Assembly: GCA_951406725.2 (NCBI GenBank)
Contig: OX597817.1
Coordinates: 105,338,001 to 105,402,000 of the forward strand
DNA: 64,000 nucleotides
Reading direction: 5' to 3'
DNA from: Octopus vulgaris
Taxonomy: Eukaryota
Part shown: piece by piece, positions 26,411-38,483 of the stretch
Position numbering within the stretch: position 1 is the first letter of the stretch
How the letters are laid out: each line of letters begins with the position of its first letter
Position numbers and translations under genes: made by a program
Notes under the pieces: generated by a model
Seen by the model: only the letters and a program-made list of their open reading frames with translations
What the model was told of the DNA's origin: nothing
Database searches by the model: none

Positions 26411-28319
26411 GCACGCACGCACACACACACTCATTACAGAGTTTTCAAGTCACCTGCAGAGGCTAAACCCTTTGACAAAGGCTAGATTCAATACCCACCC
26501 CTGTTCTATATCCGCTGTTGTTCAACACAGACCTATACTTCAGCTGTTCTTTTTTGCATGTTGATTCTACATCAGGAGCAACTTCAAAATTAAAAATATT
26601 CTAAAATACCAACGCATTGAACTTTCTGATTGTTTACATATATTTAATTGGACTAAAACAAAGTAGATACAACTTTCTTTGTTGGACACTCATCACCGAG
26701 TCAAACTTAAATTTAACTCAACTACCATACTGGTCTCACTCATCAACTTTTAAATAGTATTTTCATAAAATACTAAGCCCAAATGAACCGTTACGTGGTT
26801 ACTCGTACTATATGAAATAGCAGTCAATTTCCCCTTAAAAACATTACCCTCTTACTGACATGTCGTTTTTCAAGATTGTACATTATTCCAGTTATAAAAC
26901 TGAGATAGCCATGGTTTGAAAACCGTTGATGGTAGGACTCCTTAAACAGGAACACCTCAAAGGTAAACAGCAACATCAGCTAATACCTACATGATGTTAA
27001 AATGAGTTCATAAGTGTTACTATCAATTAATTTACTTCCGAAAATTTGACCTATTTTATTATGAAGTAAGTTAGAACTACGAAAGCGTATTGTTGGGTAA
27101 TTTAAATATGGGCAAAGAAAGTTCTTTCCTCTGTTCTAAATGCTCTCAACTCCCAAAGAAGAATAAGAAATTTAAATGTTTGCAACAAAGATAACATCTT
27201 ACGTTTTAAGCAGCAAATCCACAACTTTAGCTCGCCCACCACCATTCAGTTATGAATTCTGAAAGGGAACGATACCAAAAGAATTAATCATCCAATATTC
27301 AAACATGAACAACAATTCGAGATTTAATTTCGTGTCTGCTCGGAGATTTCCAAGCAGCTTAAACATACACGCGGCACGATTTGTTTAGAGACGTTCAGCT
27401 ATATTTATGTAGCATTCATGTTTTCATAGTAATTGACAACATCGCTTAAACGAGATTTGATTTAGATAGTTGCCGTATGTCTTATATTTTAAACTCCAGC
27501 TAACATTCCAGCAAAAATAACGTTGAAATATCATTAGTATTCGACAACATAAAACAAAGAATACAATACTTCTTCATCACTTATATCACTTTTTTTTCTT
27601 CTTAATAAATATATTTTTTATAAAAATCCACCCAACACTCGTGACCTACAGTAGCTGTCACGCAACGTAAGAAGGAAGCAATGTAAGTAGGTTATATTGT
27701 AAGCGGAATAGGCAGGCACGCGTAGGAAGAAGCTGAAATACCAGGCAGCGAGAGCTGCTTTTATATTTGATATAAACTGTACACCAAATACGCTAAAATC
27801 TATACACAGACAGCAATTATATTTTATTCAGGATGTCCATAAATTGAATGTGCATGTTAGTACGCGCGCACATACACATATGCACATACGGGCACTTACA
27901 ATTCAGCGAAGCACATTAATAATTAAACGTAATTTTACTAAACATATGTTCCTTCGTTAGTAGTTTTTTTAAATGACGAAAAACAAAATCTAAAGTAAAT
28001 TTTCTAAATTATCCTGTATTTCCAGCAAGCAGGGACTTACATACAATGCTTTTTATACTTCTTGTAAGTAATATAATAAATAAAAAAAAACCCAGCATAA
28101 GCACCTTTTAGCTGAGAGTTGCCCGGATTTATGAATAATGGGATTAAATTGCACCAGTGATTATAGAGTATTTTAGAATAGGTGGTGGTGGGAGAGGAGC
28201 GGGTGAAAGAGAAACAGAAAAATTTTAATTTAATATCAATGAAGATGTTTAATCGGTATACGTGTGTGTGTACGCGTGCGTCAGTGCGCATGTGTGTGAG
28301 CGTGTACGAGCTTGCGAGT

Positions 28320-28365
<46 letters not shown>

Positions 28366-28490
28366 TATATATATATATTTATATATATATATATGTATAT
28401 GCATATATGTATATATATATATATAGGTATATATGTACATATATACGTATATATATATATATATATTTTTTTTTTTTACGCTATCCCATC

Positions 28491-31397
28491 ATGCCGGATC
28501 CTAGGTCCTACCTCCTCACCCTCAATCACCGTTTGAAGGATCATCTACGTTCGCTTCCTGTATATCGCCTTCAGCCGTCCGTTAATCTCTCTCTACTTCT
28601 TTTAAAAAAACCCGCTTCTCTAGCCATGTCTCTTTCCTAAGCCGCTGCCTACATCACCGACTCATCCCTAAAGGTTTCCGCCTCCACTTCCACCCTGCTC
28701 TCCACTCGGATTCTTCCATCTTACCCATACTCCGCACCACATCTTACCGCCTTATGCGGGCCACCATTCGCTCCAATCTCTCCAAACTACAAGCCATCAA
28801 CCGCCTTCTTCCTCCTGCTTTCTCCACCTTCTTCTCCTCTCTGCCGCCTCTCTATGCTCCAAACACGCTACGCTTCATTATCCATTTGAATCAACTCTTC
28901 CATCAATTTCTTTCTGATACCAAACTTCGTAAACTCCAATCACTCTTCCATTCCACCCTACCCGACGCCACTACCCCAACTCCTCCACCACCCTTCTCCC
29001 CTCCCGATAGGCTCCATCCACCCACACCTAACCCCACTGCCCCTCCCTACAACCCCTTCTCCCCTCCCGTTAGGCTCCATCCACCTACACCTAACCCTAC
29101 TGCCCCGCCCAACCACCCCCCACACACCTCCCCAATCCCTCCCCCTCAGACCTCCACGAGACCTACCACCCCTCCTACTTCTATTCCACCCACCCCTTCT
29201 CCACTTCCGTCTGTTGTTACCATTCCCCCCGATCTTCCCCTCTCTGCGGCTGAACGCTCCGTCCTTGGTAGGGGTCTGCGTTTCATCCCCCTCACTCCAT
29301 CCTGTAAGGAATTCCAGACGCGAGTTGATGTCCACAGCTTTGTGCGCCGTGTCCGGTTGGGTGCGCATTACCACGACTCGCCACCCACACCCAACGAAGA
29401 GGACGACTGCTTCACTGGCCTGGGCCGCCGACCATCCCCGTGGACGCCTGCCCCTGGCCAGATCCTAGCAGTGGATCTTTTCGCGGGCGCTTGTCAGCGT
29501 GCATTGGAGCGGTTCAACTTCTCCAGGCGCCAACGCCGCCTCAACATCTCCCCGGCTGAGCTCTTGGCTCTTCGTTCCCTCCAACGGCGCGCTGACATTA
29601 TCATCAAACCGGCTGACAAGGGTGGAGCTGTAGTGGTGTGGCGCGCGGACCTCTATAGGGCCGAGGCTTTCCGCCAACTCAATGACACCTCCTTCTATTC
29701 CCCTCTGCCCTCTAACCCCACACGTAGCTACCAACAGACGGTATCCTCTACTGTCCAAGACCTCATCTCGTCCTCCCGTCTCCCCCGCACCGCATCCAAC
29801 CTAATTGTGCGAACCCCACGTACCCCCACCATTTACTTCCTCCCCAAAATCCACAAACCCAACAACCCTGGCCGCCCCATCGTCTCCGCCTGTAACTGCC
29901 CCACGGAGCTCATCTCTAAATACCTCGACCGTGTCCTTGCCCCCTAGTGGCATCTCTTCCCTCCCACATCCACGATACCAACCATGCTCTCCGGCTTTTC
30001 AACTCTTTCTCCTTTCCTCCCGGCTCCTCCAAAATCCTTTTTACTATGGACATCCAAAGCCTCTATACTGTTATCCCTCACCACGAAGGACTGCAGGCCC
30101 TTCGACACTTTCTTGACCTCCGCTCTAACCCTGTACCTGACACCTCCACACTCATTCGTCTGGCCGAACTTGTCCTTACTCTGAACTGCTTCTCGTTCGC
30201 GGGCGAGTTCTACCATCAGGTCTCGGGAGTGGCCATGGGAACGCGAATGGGCCCCAACTATGCGAACCTGTTCGTTGGCTATGTTGAGGCCCAAATATTC
30301 TCTACTTTCACTGGTCCCACTCCTGAACTATATGGTCGTTATATTGACGACATTATCGGTGCCACCTCACTCTCCCGCGAACATCTAGATTCCTTCCTCT
30401 CTTTCGTCCAATCTTTCCATCCAGCCCTCCACTTCACTTCCACTATCTCCAACACCTCTGTCTCCTTCCTCGACATTTCGGTTAGCATTCTTGACTCCAC
30501 TCTTACCACCTCCATTCACTACAAACACACAGACTCACACTCATACCTCAACTTCTCTTCCTCCCACCCAGAACACACCAAGCTTTCCATCCCCTATTCC
30601 CAATTCCTCCGTCTACGTAGGCTCTGTAGTGACGACCATGACTTTGAGACTCAGTCTCAACGTATGGCTCACCACTTCACCCTACGTGGATACCCCCTCA
30701 CCACTATCCACACCGCCCTTGCCAGAGCACGGTCCGTGGACCGTGTATCTGCTCTCTCTCCCCGAACCCGCCCTGTAGTCTCCCGCCTCCCTTTTCCCCT
30801 CACTTACCACCCCACGACCCTACGTCTCCAACGCACCATTCTTCGAGCTTTCCGTCGTCTCCAGTCCGACCCGTCCACTTCACACCTCTTCCCTAACCGA
30901 CCCCTCCCCTCTTTCAAACGAGCCCACAACCTTCGAGACCTTTTGGTCCATAGCTCCTTCCCTGACCCTACCTCCCAACCCGGCTCGTTCCCCTGCTCCC
31001 GCCCACGTTGCCGCACTTGCCCTTACCTCTCCAACACCACCCGCCTCACTAGCACCCACCATCGACCCTATCCCATCATCCACTCCTTCACCTGCACCTC
31101 CAGCAATATTATCTATTGCATCTCTTGCTCTCTCTGCAATTCCTTGTACATCGGACAAACGGGACGCCGCTTGGCTGACCGGTTCGCGGAACACCTTCGT
31201 GACATCCACCTTGCGAACGACACACCGGTCTCACGCCATTTCCGCTCCACCGGTCACTCCTTGCAACACCTATCTGTGTTCGGTTTGTCCTTACACAGAG
31301 GCCATCCGGATTCCCGTTTGCGCCGTGAACAGGAATTAATCTTCTCTCTTCGCTCTTATACGCCATTTGGTCTCAACTCTCCCCCCTCCTCATCTAA
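28491..31397 (+). pseudogene. Penelope-like (Neptune-type) reverse transcriptase + GIY-YIG endonuclease ORF with three 1-nt frameshifts
   Basis: N-terminal [15 protein letters not shown]; RT motifs IKPADKGGAVVV, YFLPKIHKPNNPGRPIVS, MDIQSLYT, GVAMGTRMGPNYANLF, YGRYIDDI, SFLDI; linker CSRPRCRTC; nuclease NIIYCISCSLCNSLYIGQTGRRLADRFAEH...EQELIF..PFGLN. Confidence 0.95.
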
Positions 31398-32221
31398 CCC
31401 CCCTCTCCCCCTCCTCACCTATCCTTTCTCCCCCCGACCCCCACTTCTTCAGTCCTTCATCCTTTCACCCCTACTCCCCTTCCCTTCTTCCCTCTTTCTC
31501 CCTCCCTCTTCCTCTTCCCTCTGCTCCCTCACTCCCTCTCTCCCCTTCTCTCTCCCCCTCTCCCTCTTTCCTCCTTCATCCCTCTCCTCCCCTTCCTTCT
31601 CCCCATCCTCTCCTCTTCACCCTCCCCTCCCCCTCTTCTTCCCCTCCCCTTCTCCCCCTCTTCTCCCCTCCCCTCTTCTCCTCACTACACCACATGACTT
31701 TACACATCACATCACATATGATGTGCCATACTAATACACACACCAACTAATACATACTAATACGTACTAATACATACTAGTACATACTAATACTTACACC
31801 AACCCTATACATACACACGTCCAGACCCCGCATACGCACTTATACTCTCTCACACACACACACACACACCTATACATACCAATACGTACTAATACATACT
31901 AATACATACTAATACATACACCAACCCCATACATACGCACGTCCAGACCAATCCCACGCACTGATACTCTCTCATACACACACACACACACACACACACC
32001 CTTATACATACTAATACATACACCAACCCTATACATACACATCCAGACCCCTCCCACGCACTTTTAGCTGGTCCCTCAACCCTATTATCTCCCCTTATTT
32101 CGCTCTCGCGTCTCATGTTTGATCTTTGACCTCCGGCCGAAATCAGATCGCCATGTTGATTCGTTAGCTACTGCACGCATTTTTTTCTCTCCTTCTTTCT
32201 GTGTTTTTCTCTCTCTGTGTA

Positions 32222-32259
32222 TCTTTCTGTTGAAGAGCGTAGGCTCGAAACGTTAAAGG
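32222..32259 (+). ncRNA. Minimal type I hammerhead-like motif (U at position 6, extra A after A9)
   Basis: tcttt-CTGTTGA-A-GAGC gtag GCTC-GAA-ACGT-T-aaagg. Confidence 0.75.
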
Positions 32260-32357
32260 CTTGTTTTATTTATATTTCCTGAGCGCCATACTAATACAAT
32301 TGTTCGTTTGTTTTCCACCTGCCTTCGTCTTTTGTTTATTTTCATAAAGCTTCCCGT

Positions 32358-32391
<34 letters not shown>

Positions 32392-32536
32392 GATGTATGT
32401 ATGTATATGTCTACGTATGTTCATCCTCATATACACATAGATGTTTGCATGCATACACATAACATAATACATATACATTTAGACATTTATACGTATAAAT
32501 ATATATACAGGCATATATTCACACTGCTGCATACAC

Positions 32537-32588
<52 letters not shown>

Positions 32589-33589
32589 TTATTTATTTAT
32601 ATATGTACATATATATATATATATATGTATATATACATCCTCTATCACACATCTATAGCCGCACATATACAAACATATGCATATCCGCATTAATGAAGGG
32701 GACGTGTGAATGAAAGTCGCACTTATGCACCGGACACAGTCTTACACTCATATACATACATATACATTTACACATATATACATACGCACACACATATACA
32801 TATGAAATATATATATACATATACATATACTCACACACGTACACATTCACACAATTAAAAAGGGAAAAAATGAAAAAATATATATCAAAAATAAAAAATT
32901 AAAGTAAGTTAAGACACTTGGGAAGCTTGTGCACGAACATAGTAAAAATATGATTCTAGCCCTGATCTTGGGGGACTCAAAACCGTGACAGGTATTTTGT
33001 CACGCATGGACATGATCAAAAAAGTACAGTTCTTGAATTTAGACATGTAGCGGGGTCCAAGGAACATTTCCAGATAAGTCATCTTTCCATATTACAAAGA
33101 CCGCACTTGTTACTACCGTTGATTATAGGTTTATACATTCTTCCAGAAATCCTAAAGCTGACATCTTGTTCTTTTAAGAACCATATATAACTGGATAATT
33201 TGGTAGTTTTTCGTTTACTCCAGTGTCAAGCTTAAGGTGTGTTTGTTGAACCTTGCTTTAGAATTTACCTCTGTGAGTTTTAGTGATGCGCACACGCATG
33301 CAACACACATATTCTCAGTTTTATATATATGTATATATATATATATTGTCTTTAAATATTGGTCAAGCACAACAGCGACAACAACAGAAAACTAGGAGCA
33401 TCAACCAACAAGATAAACGACAACAACAACAGCCAGAAAATCAGGAACAGTAACAACAACAACAGCAGGAAGAGACCCTCCTAAATTCTAGCATAATAGC
33501 TGATTTACTGAACGATAGTATCTCTTCAGCTCTCTCTCTCACTCACCATTCTCACAGTAGCCATCACAATTATCATCCTCGTCATCTTC

Positions 33590-34165
33590 AAATACTCAGA
33601 ATTTTCCAGTCGAGAGATATCCACACCATTATCCTTCTCTTCTCTACTTTTGCCCAGCCTCACCTTAAATACTGTTTTCCCCCGTGGTCTTCCCACACAA
33701 AAATTGAAGCACCTCAAATGTCAATTACAAAAAAGATAGATGGCCTGACAGGCCTTGACTATTGGGGTCGACTAGAAAAGCTCAAGCTTTATTCCCTCTA
33801 ATGCCGCCGTGAGCGCTACATCATCTTTATGATGTGGAAAATATTCCATCAGCATTGCCCAAATGATGAAGGCATCGCCTTTAAGATGCACCCAAGACTT
33901 GGACCCGTGCTATCCGCCCACAACATAAATCATACTCACATCATATAAAAACAATACGGCACAATTATTTCACCTCAATTGGCTTCGCTCTAATTAGCAT
34001 TACACCAAAACACATTAAAGCAGAAACATACCCCATACAGTTCAAGAAGTCTTCGAACAAATTCCTTTAAAAAATCCCAGATAGACACCACTATACCCGA
34101 ATATGTCACCGTAAACAATAACTCTCTCTTCGACTGGGACACGTCCCATTCCTGATTTAAATGAC
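33590..34165 (+). mobile_element. CR1-type LINE 3' fragment
   Basis: FSTFAQPHLKYCFPPWS and ITKKIDGLTGLDYWGRLEKLKLYSL*CRRERY resemble the CR1-clade RT C-terminus. Confidence 0.75.
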
Positions 34166-34387
34166 TTTGCAAGGTGGTAAAATTCCGCTGAGGTCGACTT
34201 TGCCTTTCATCCTTTCGGGGTCGATAAATTAAGCACCAGTTACGCACTGGGGTCGATGTAATCGACTTAATACCTATGTCTGTCCTTGTTTGTCCCCTCT
34301 GTGTTTAGCCCCTTGTGGGTAATAAAGAAATAGGTAATATTAAGTTAGACATGGCATCGGCCAGCACTGACCGAAATCTAACAAAGT

Positions 34388-34457
<70 letters not shown>

Positions 34458-34592
34458 TAAATTAAGAAATGAAGTTAAACGCTGGTATTATACAAATCTT
34501 TATACTTTCGACATATGGTTCGAAGAAAACATTGGTATTATTCCCGAGGGAATAAAATGATGTAAAACATTTTAACCGAATGTGATTACCGC

Positions 34593-34639
<47 letters not shown>

Positions 34640-34643
<4 letters not shown>

Positions 34644-35124
34644 ATCCAAACATGAACAAAGAGAAAACATAGCAACGCGAGGACGTGGAATAAGTATAGT
34701 GTTATTGGACGCTCTGGAAAGGAAAGGAAAGAAGGAGGATTTCACGTTTCGAGCGGAACGCTTCGTCAGAAATATAGAAATAGCGAATAGTCCAAAGAAA
34801 GGAAGACGGAGAAAGAAAATCGCCAATGATACACACGCGGTCATGTATTGAAATGACCGGAAGGGAATGGATGAAGAAAAAGTTCTTTCAAAGACAAAAG
34901 AGTGCATGTATGTGTATGTTTGGGTATGTGCGCACGTGCAGGTCTGTGTGTGAGTGTGTGTAATGATAGTACGTGTGTGTGTGTGTGTGTGGTTGTGGCT
35001 GTTTTTCTATGTGTGGTTGGGCTTAGTATCGTTTAAGGTCATGGGAATAATTTATAGTAAGAATTGTGGTAGGAGTGGCTGCCTGTTGTGTGTCTACCTA
35101 CACGTGTGCGTAGAGGAATTGTCA

Positions 35125-35125
<1 letters not shown>
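34640..35125 (-). mobile_element. Pseudo-LTR + tail (43203 family), decayed hammerhead at 34739-34774
   Basis: attt-CTGACGA-A-GCGT tcc GCTC-GAA-ACGT-G-aaat; G at the cleavage position. Confidence 0.75.
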
Positions 35126-35169
<44 letters not shown>

Positions 35170-35448
35170 CATATATATAAAGATATATAGATATATCTAT
35201 ATCTATATATAGGTATATGTATATATATATATCTATGTATATATACATATTATATATAAACCAATATATATATACTTCAATATATATACATATATATATA
35301 TATAAATATGTATACACGTATATATGTACATATGTTTATTATATACACATATATATACATATATGTATATATATATAGAATAAAACTTATATATAAAGAA
35401 CGTGAAATTCACGAATTGACAAACACGGAAAAACGGACAGTAATTCAG

Positions 35449-35495
35449 AGCCTTCATTCTTCAGTCAGAAACCGATTCATCATGGCAAATTTCGG

Positions 35496-35498
<3 letters not shown>
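35449..35498 (-). ncRNA. 5'-truncated strand-inverted hammerhead-like motif (relative of family A)
   Basis: cagcc-GAA-Atttgccatgatgaatcggt-ttctga-CTGAAGA-atgaa-ggct; the cleavage strand is lost at (TA)n. Confidence 0.45.
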
Positions 35499-35542
<44 letters not shown>

Positions 35543-35620
35543 ATTGCAGCGTGGAAAGTGTTTATAAGTCATTTAAGAAACACACAAAACCGTTAGATTC
35601 ACTTCAACATTTAAATTTCA

Positions 35621-35671
35621 TTTGTCAAAATAGTTTCGTTGCTTTGAGACCGCGACCTGTTCACTGACAAA
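35621..35671 (-). ncRNA. Type I hammerhead-like motif, G3-C8 variant (left arm)
   Basis: Reverse complement of 35694-35744. Confidence 0.65.
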
Positions 35672-35693
35672 GCTTAGTGCTGCATCACGAAGC

Positions 35694-35744
35694 TTTGTCA
35701 GTGAACAGGTCGCGGTCTCAAAGCAACGAAACTATTTTGACAAA
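35694..35744 (+). ncRNA. Type I hammerhead-like motif, G3-C8 variant (right arm)
   Basis: tttgtca-GTGAACA-G-gtcgc ggtctcaaa gcaac-GAA-ActatT-T-tgacaaa; 7-bp stem I in exact register. Confidence 0.65.
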
Positions 35745-35863
35745 TGAAATTTAAATGTTGAAGTGAATCTAACGGTTTTGTGTGTTTCTTAAATGGCTTA
35801 TAAACACCTTCCACGCTGCAATTGTTTTCGTTCCAGCACACGGTCTCAGATCAAGTCACTCGC

Positions 35864-35935
<72 letters not shown>

Positions 35936-35961
35936 CATGTATATACATGCATAATCCGACA

Positions 35962-36051
35962 TATCTCCATCATCAGCTGTCCTACGGATATCATTTTGGT
36001 TTCGACAACCGGTAATCTCATTCAGTCCGGTGGTGTCAACAGCACTAAAAT
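35962..36051 (-). ncRNA. Strand-order-inverted hammerhead-like motif, family C
   Basis: attttagT-G-ctgtt-(hairpin linker)-tgtc-GAA-Accaaaat-(11 nt)-gacag-CTGATGA-tgga-gata. Confidence 0.5.
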
Positions 36052-36426
36052 AAGCGTTGTTTGAAAATAAACATACCAAAGAAACCACAACTTTCAAACT
36101 AATTTACCCTACGTACAACAGTATCGGTAAATAAATTCAATTAGTAAATCTATAATCAGCTCCTAAATATATGTAACTACACAGCGACCAAACCTTTAAG
36201 TCATACAAAAAATATTCCCCATAGTCTTTCCTAGTATGATATAAAAGTGAAAGTGTAATAACCACATTCATTCAGTCTAAATGTAGGCAGGATTCAACGC
36301 TAAATCTAAACTACAAGAAAGAAACATAAATCTATGTACATCTGTATAGGTATTAATAGTAAACAAACAATAACTAAATTGTATACTAAATAACGACCAA
36401 TCTTTAAGTCCATTCAATTAATAATC

Positions 36427-36515
<89 letters not shown>

Positions 36516-36539
36516 GTACATTATATGTATACACATATA

Positions 36540-37447
36540 ACAAGGTCATTCCATAAATTCTGTCCGATTTTACCTTTTTTATAATTGAATGAAATTAAAT
36601 AGTATTTTAGAATGTCTAATAGAATTGAAAATTATTTTTATGCATTTGTGCGCATTTATACTAATTAAATATTATTTTACAGAATAATAGAATTAAAATT
36701 TATTTGATTAAAACCCTTTCTAACATGGAAATTTCCAAAGAGCATTTAAGGCACATTATGCTTTATGAGTACAAAAATGGAAACTCTGCAACCGAAGCGA
36801 CTCGAAGCATACACTCAGTTTATGGGAAAGAATGCTTGAATGAAAGAACTTGGAGAAGATGGTTTGAAAAGTTCAGAAGTGGAGATTTCAGCTTTGAAGA
36901 TGAAGATCGAATAGGACGACCAGTTGAGTTTGATGATAAGCTTCTTGAAGCATTACTTGAAGAAAATCCTGCATTATCAGTTGAAGAATTGGCAATAAAG
37001 CTTAGTTCAAACCACACAACTATCCATCGTCATCTTCAACAACTTGGAAAGGTTCCTAAACTTGGAAAAGGGGTTTCTCATGGATTGTCCGAAAGCAACC
37101 GCAAATCCCGAGTTGACATCTGCTCTTCTATCCATTCTCGCGAACTCATTTCACCCTTTTTTTATAGATTTGTGACTGGTGACGAAAATGAATCTTCTAT
37201 TGAAATGTTAAACGTCGCAAATTGCAGCTTGGTAAAAGGGAAAAAGCTCAACCACAACCGAGAAGGGAACTTCATGGAAAAAAAGTTTCTTCTCTCTATC
37301 TGGTGGGATTTCATAGAAGTAATTCACTTTGAATTGTTACAACCTATGCAACAATCAATGCTCAAGTCTACTGTCAGCAATTAGAGGGTTTGAACCAAGC
37401 TTTGAAGAAAAAAAAGACCCACTTTAGTGAATCGAAAAGGAGTGATG
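36540..37447 (+). mobile_element. Mariner transposon, 5' portion, frameshifted transposase (ATG 36726)
   Basis: MEISKEHLRHIMLYEY...RRWFEKFRSGDFSFEDEDRIGRP (HTH), GKGVSHGL (WVPHEL equivalent), VTGDE, LSIWWD; truncated where a PLE fragment begins. Confidence 0.92.
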
Positions 37448-38214
37448 AGAAGTCTTTTACGTTCTAAGCCTAAGTATTTCAACAGAAAGAAACACGAGGA
37501 AATAAAGAGAGAATAAAAAGAACTCGTTGGATATAGTGGTCAATGATGGTGACTGGTTGGACAAAGGTAGTTAGATAGGAGAGCTAGGAAAAAGGAGAGA
37601 GTATAGAGTACTGGTGATCAGAAAACCAATGTGCGCGTGCGTTTGTGTATGTGAGAGTTAGTGTGTGCTTGTGGATATGGGCTCGTAAGTTTGACGTGTG
37701 GATGAGTTCGTGTGTAAGTGTGGGCGTCTGTGATTTGTGGGAGTGTAGATGTTGGTGTGCGTACTGGGAAGTGGTCAGTGCTAGTGTGTGCGGAGTGGTA
37801 TGGAGTGGTGTAATGTGCAGTGGTGGGGTGGGGCATGTGATGTGGCAGTGTTGGTATTTGGGGATGTGAGGGTGAGATTTGAGTTTGGGGTAAGGATGTG
37901 GCGGTGAGAATGTGGGGGTGGGTGAGATTGTGGGAGTAGGAGTAGGGTATGTAGGAGTGTGATGTGTGTGGGTGGGATGTGTATGGAGGGTTATAAACGA
38001 AGTGAGAAGGTGGTTAGGAGTGAAGAGAGGTAGGCGTCAGGGCAAGATAGGAGAGGTGGGTAGAAGTAGAGAGGGGAAAGAGGTGCCAGATGAATAGAAG
38101 AGGGGAAGGAAGTCAGATGAAGAGGGGAGGGGATTTGAGCTCATGTGGCAGAAAGGAGCGGAGAAAAGATTAATTCTTGTTCACAGCGAAGGTGGAAGTC
38201 CGGATGGCCCCTAT
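37448..38214 (-). mobile_element. 3' fragment of the 28491 Penelope family with decayed hammerhead (~37452-37490)
   Basis: Reverse complement gives [15 protein letters not shown]...KSPPLFI*; tcttt-CTGTTGA-A-...-ACGT-A-aaaga. Confidence 0.85.
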
Positions 38215-38279
38215 ACAAAATACACATACACACACACATATATATATACACACAATATACATATATGCATATATATATG

Positions 38280-38405
<126 letters not shown>

Positions 38406-38483
38406 GGTATGTAGGAAAATACAACATGGACAAGAACGTATAACTCTTAGAGACGATACAATAAACACGGACAGGACATTCGA

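Larger units (their letters stand above)
28467..32357 (+). mobile_element. Near full-length Penelope-like retroelement with pyrimidine-rich tail and 3' pseudo-LTR, flanked by (TA)n
   Basis: The ORF above, a 63-bp Pro-rich internal duplication (~28991-29113), tail repeats 31730-32060 and a hammerhead at 32222-32259. Confidence 0.9.
35540..35825. repeat. Fold-back: 136-bp inverted arms, 14-bp spacer
   Basis: Arms 35540-35675 and 35690-35825 with two mismatches. Confidence 0.95.

Noticed and set aside
26336-26430. (CA)n-(CG)n potential Z-DNA tract
   Set aside because: Ordinary compound microsatellite in this genome context.
31398-31734. Pro/Ser/Leu C-terminal extension of the Penelope ORF in the ORF track
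   Set aside because: Read-through into the pyrimidine-rich tail caused by a 1-nt loss; the sister copy indicates the stop near 31397.
34495-34595. Long imperfect hairpin ending in GAAA on the minus strand
   Set aside because: No acceptable CUGANGA-type core or stem I.
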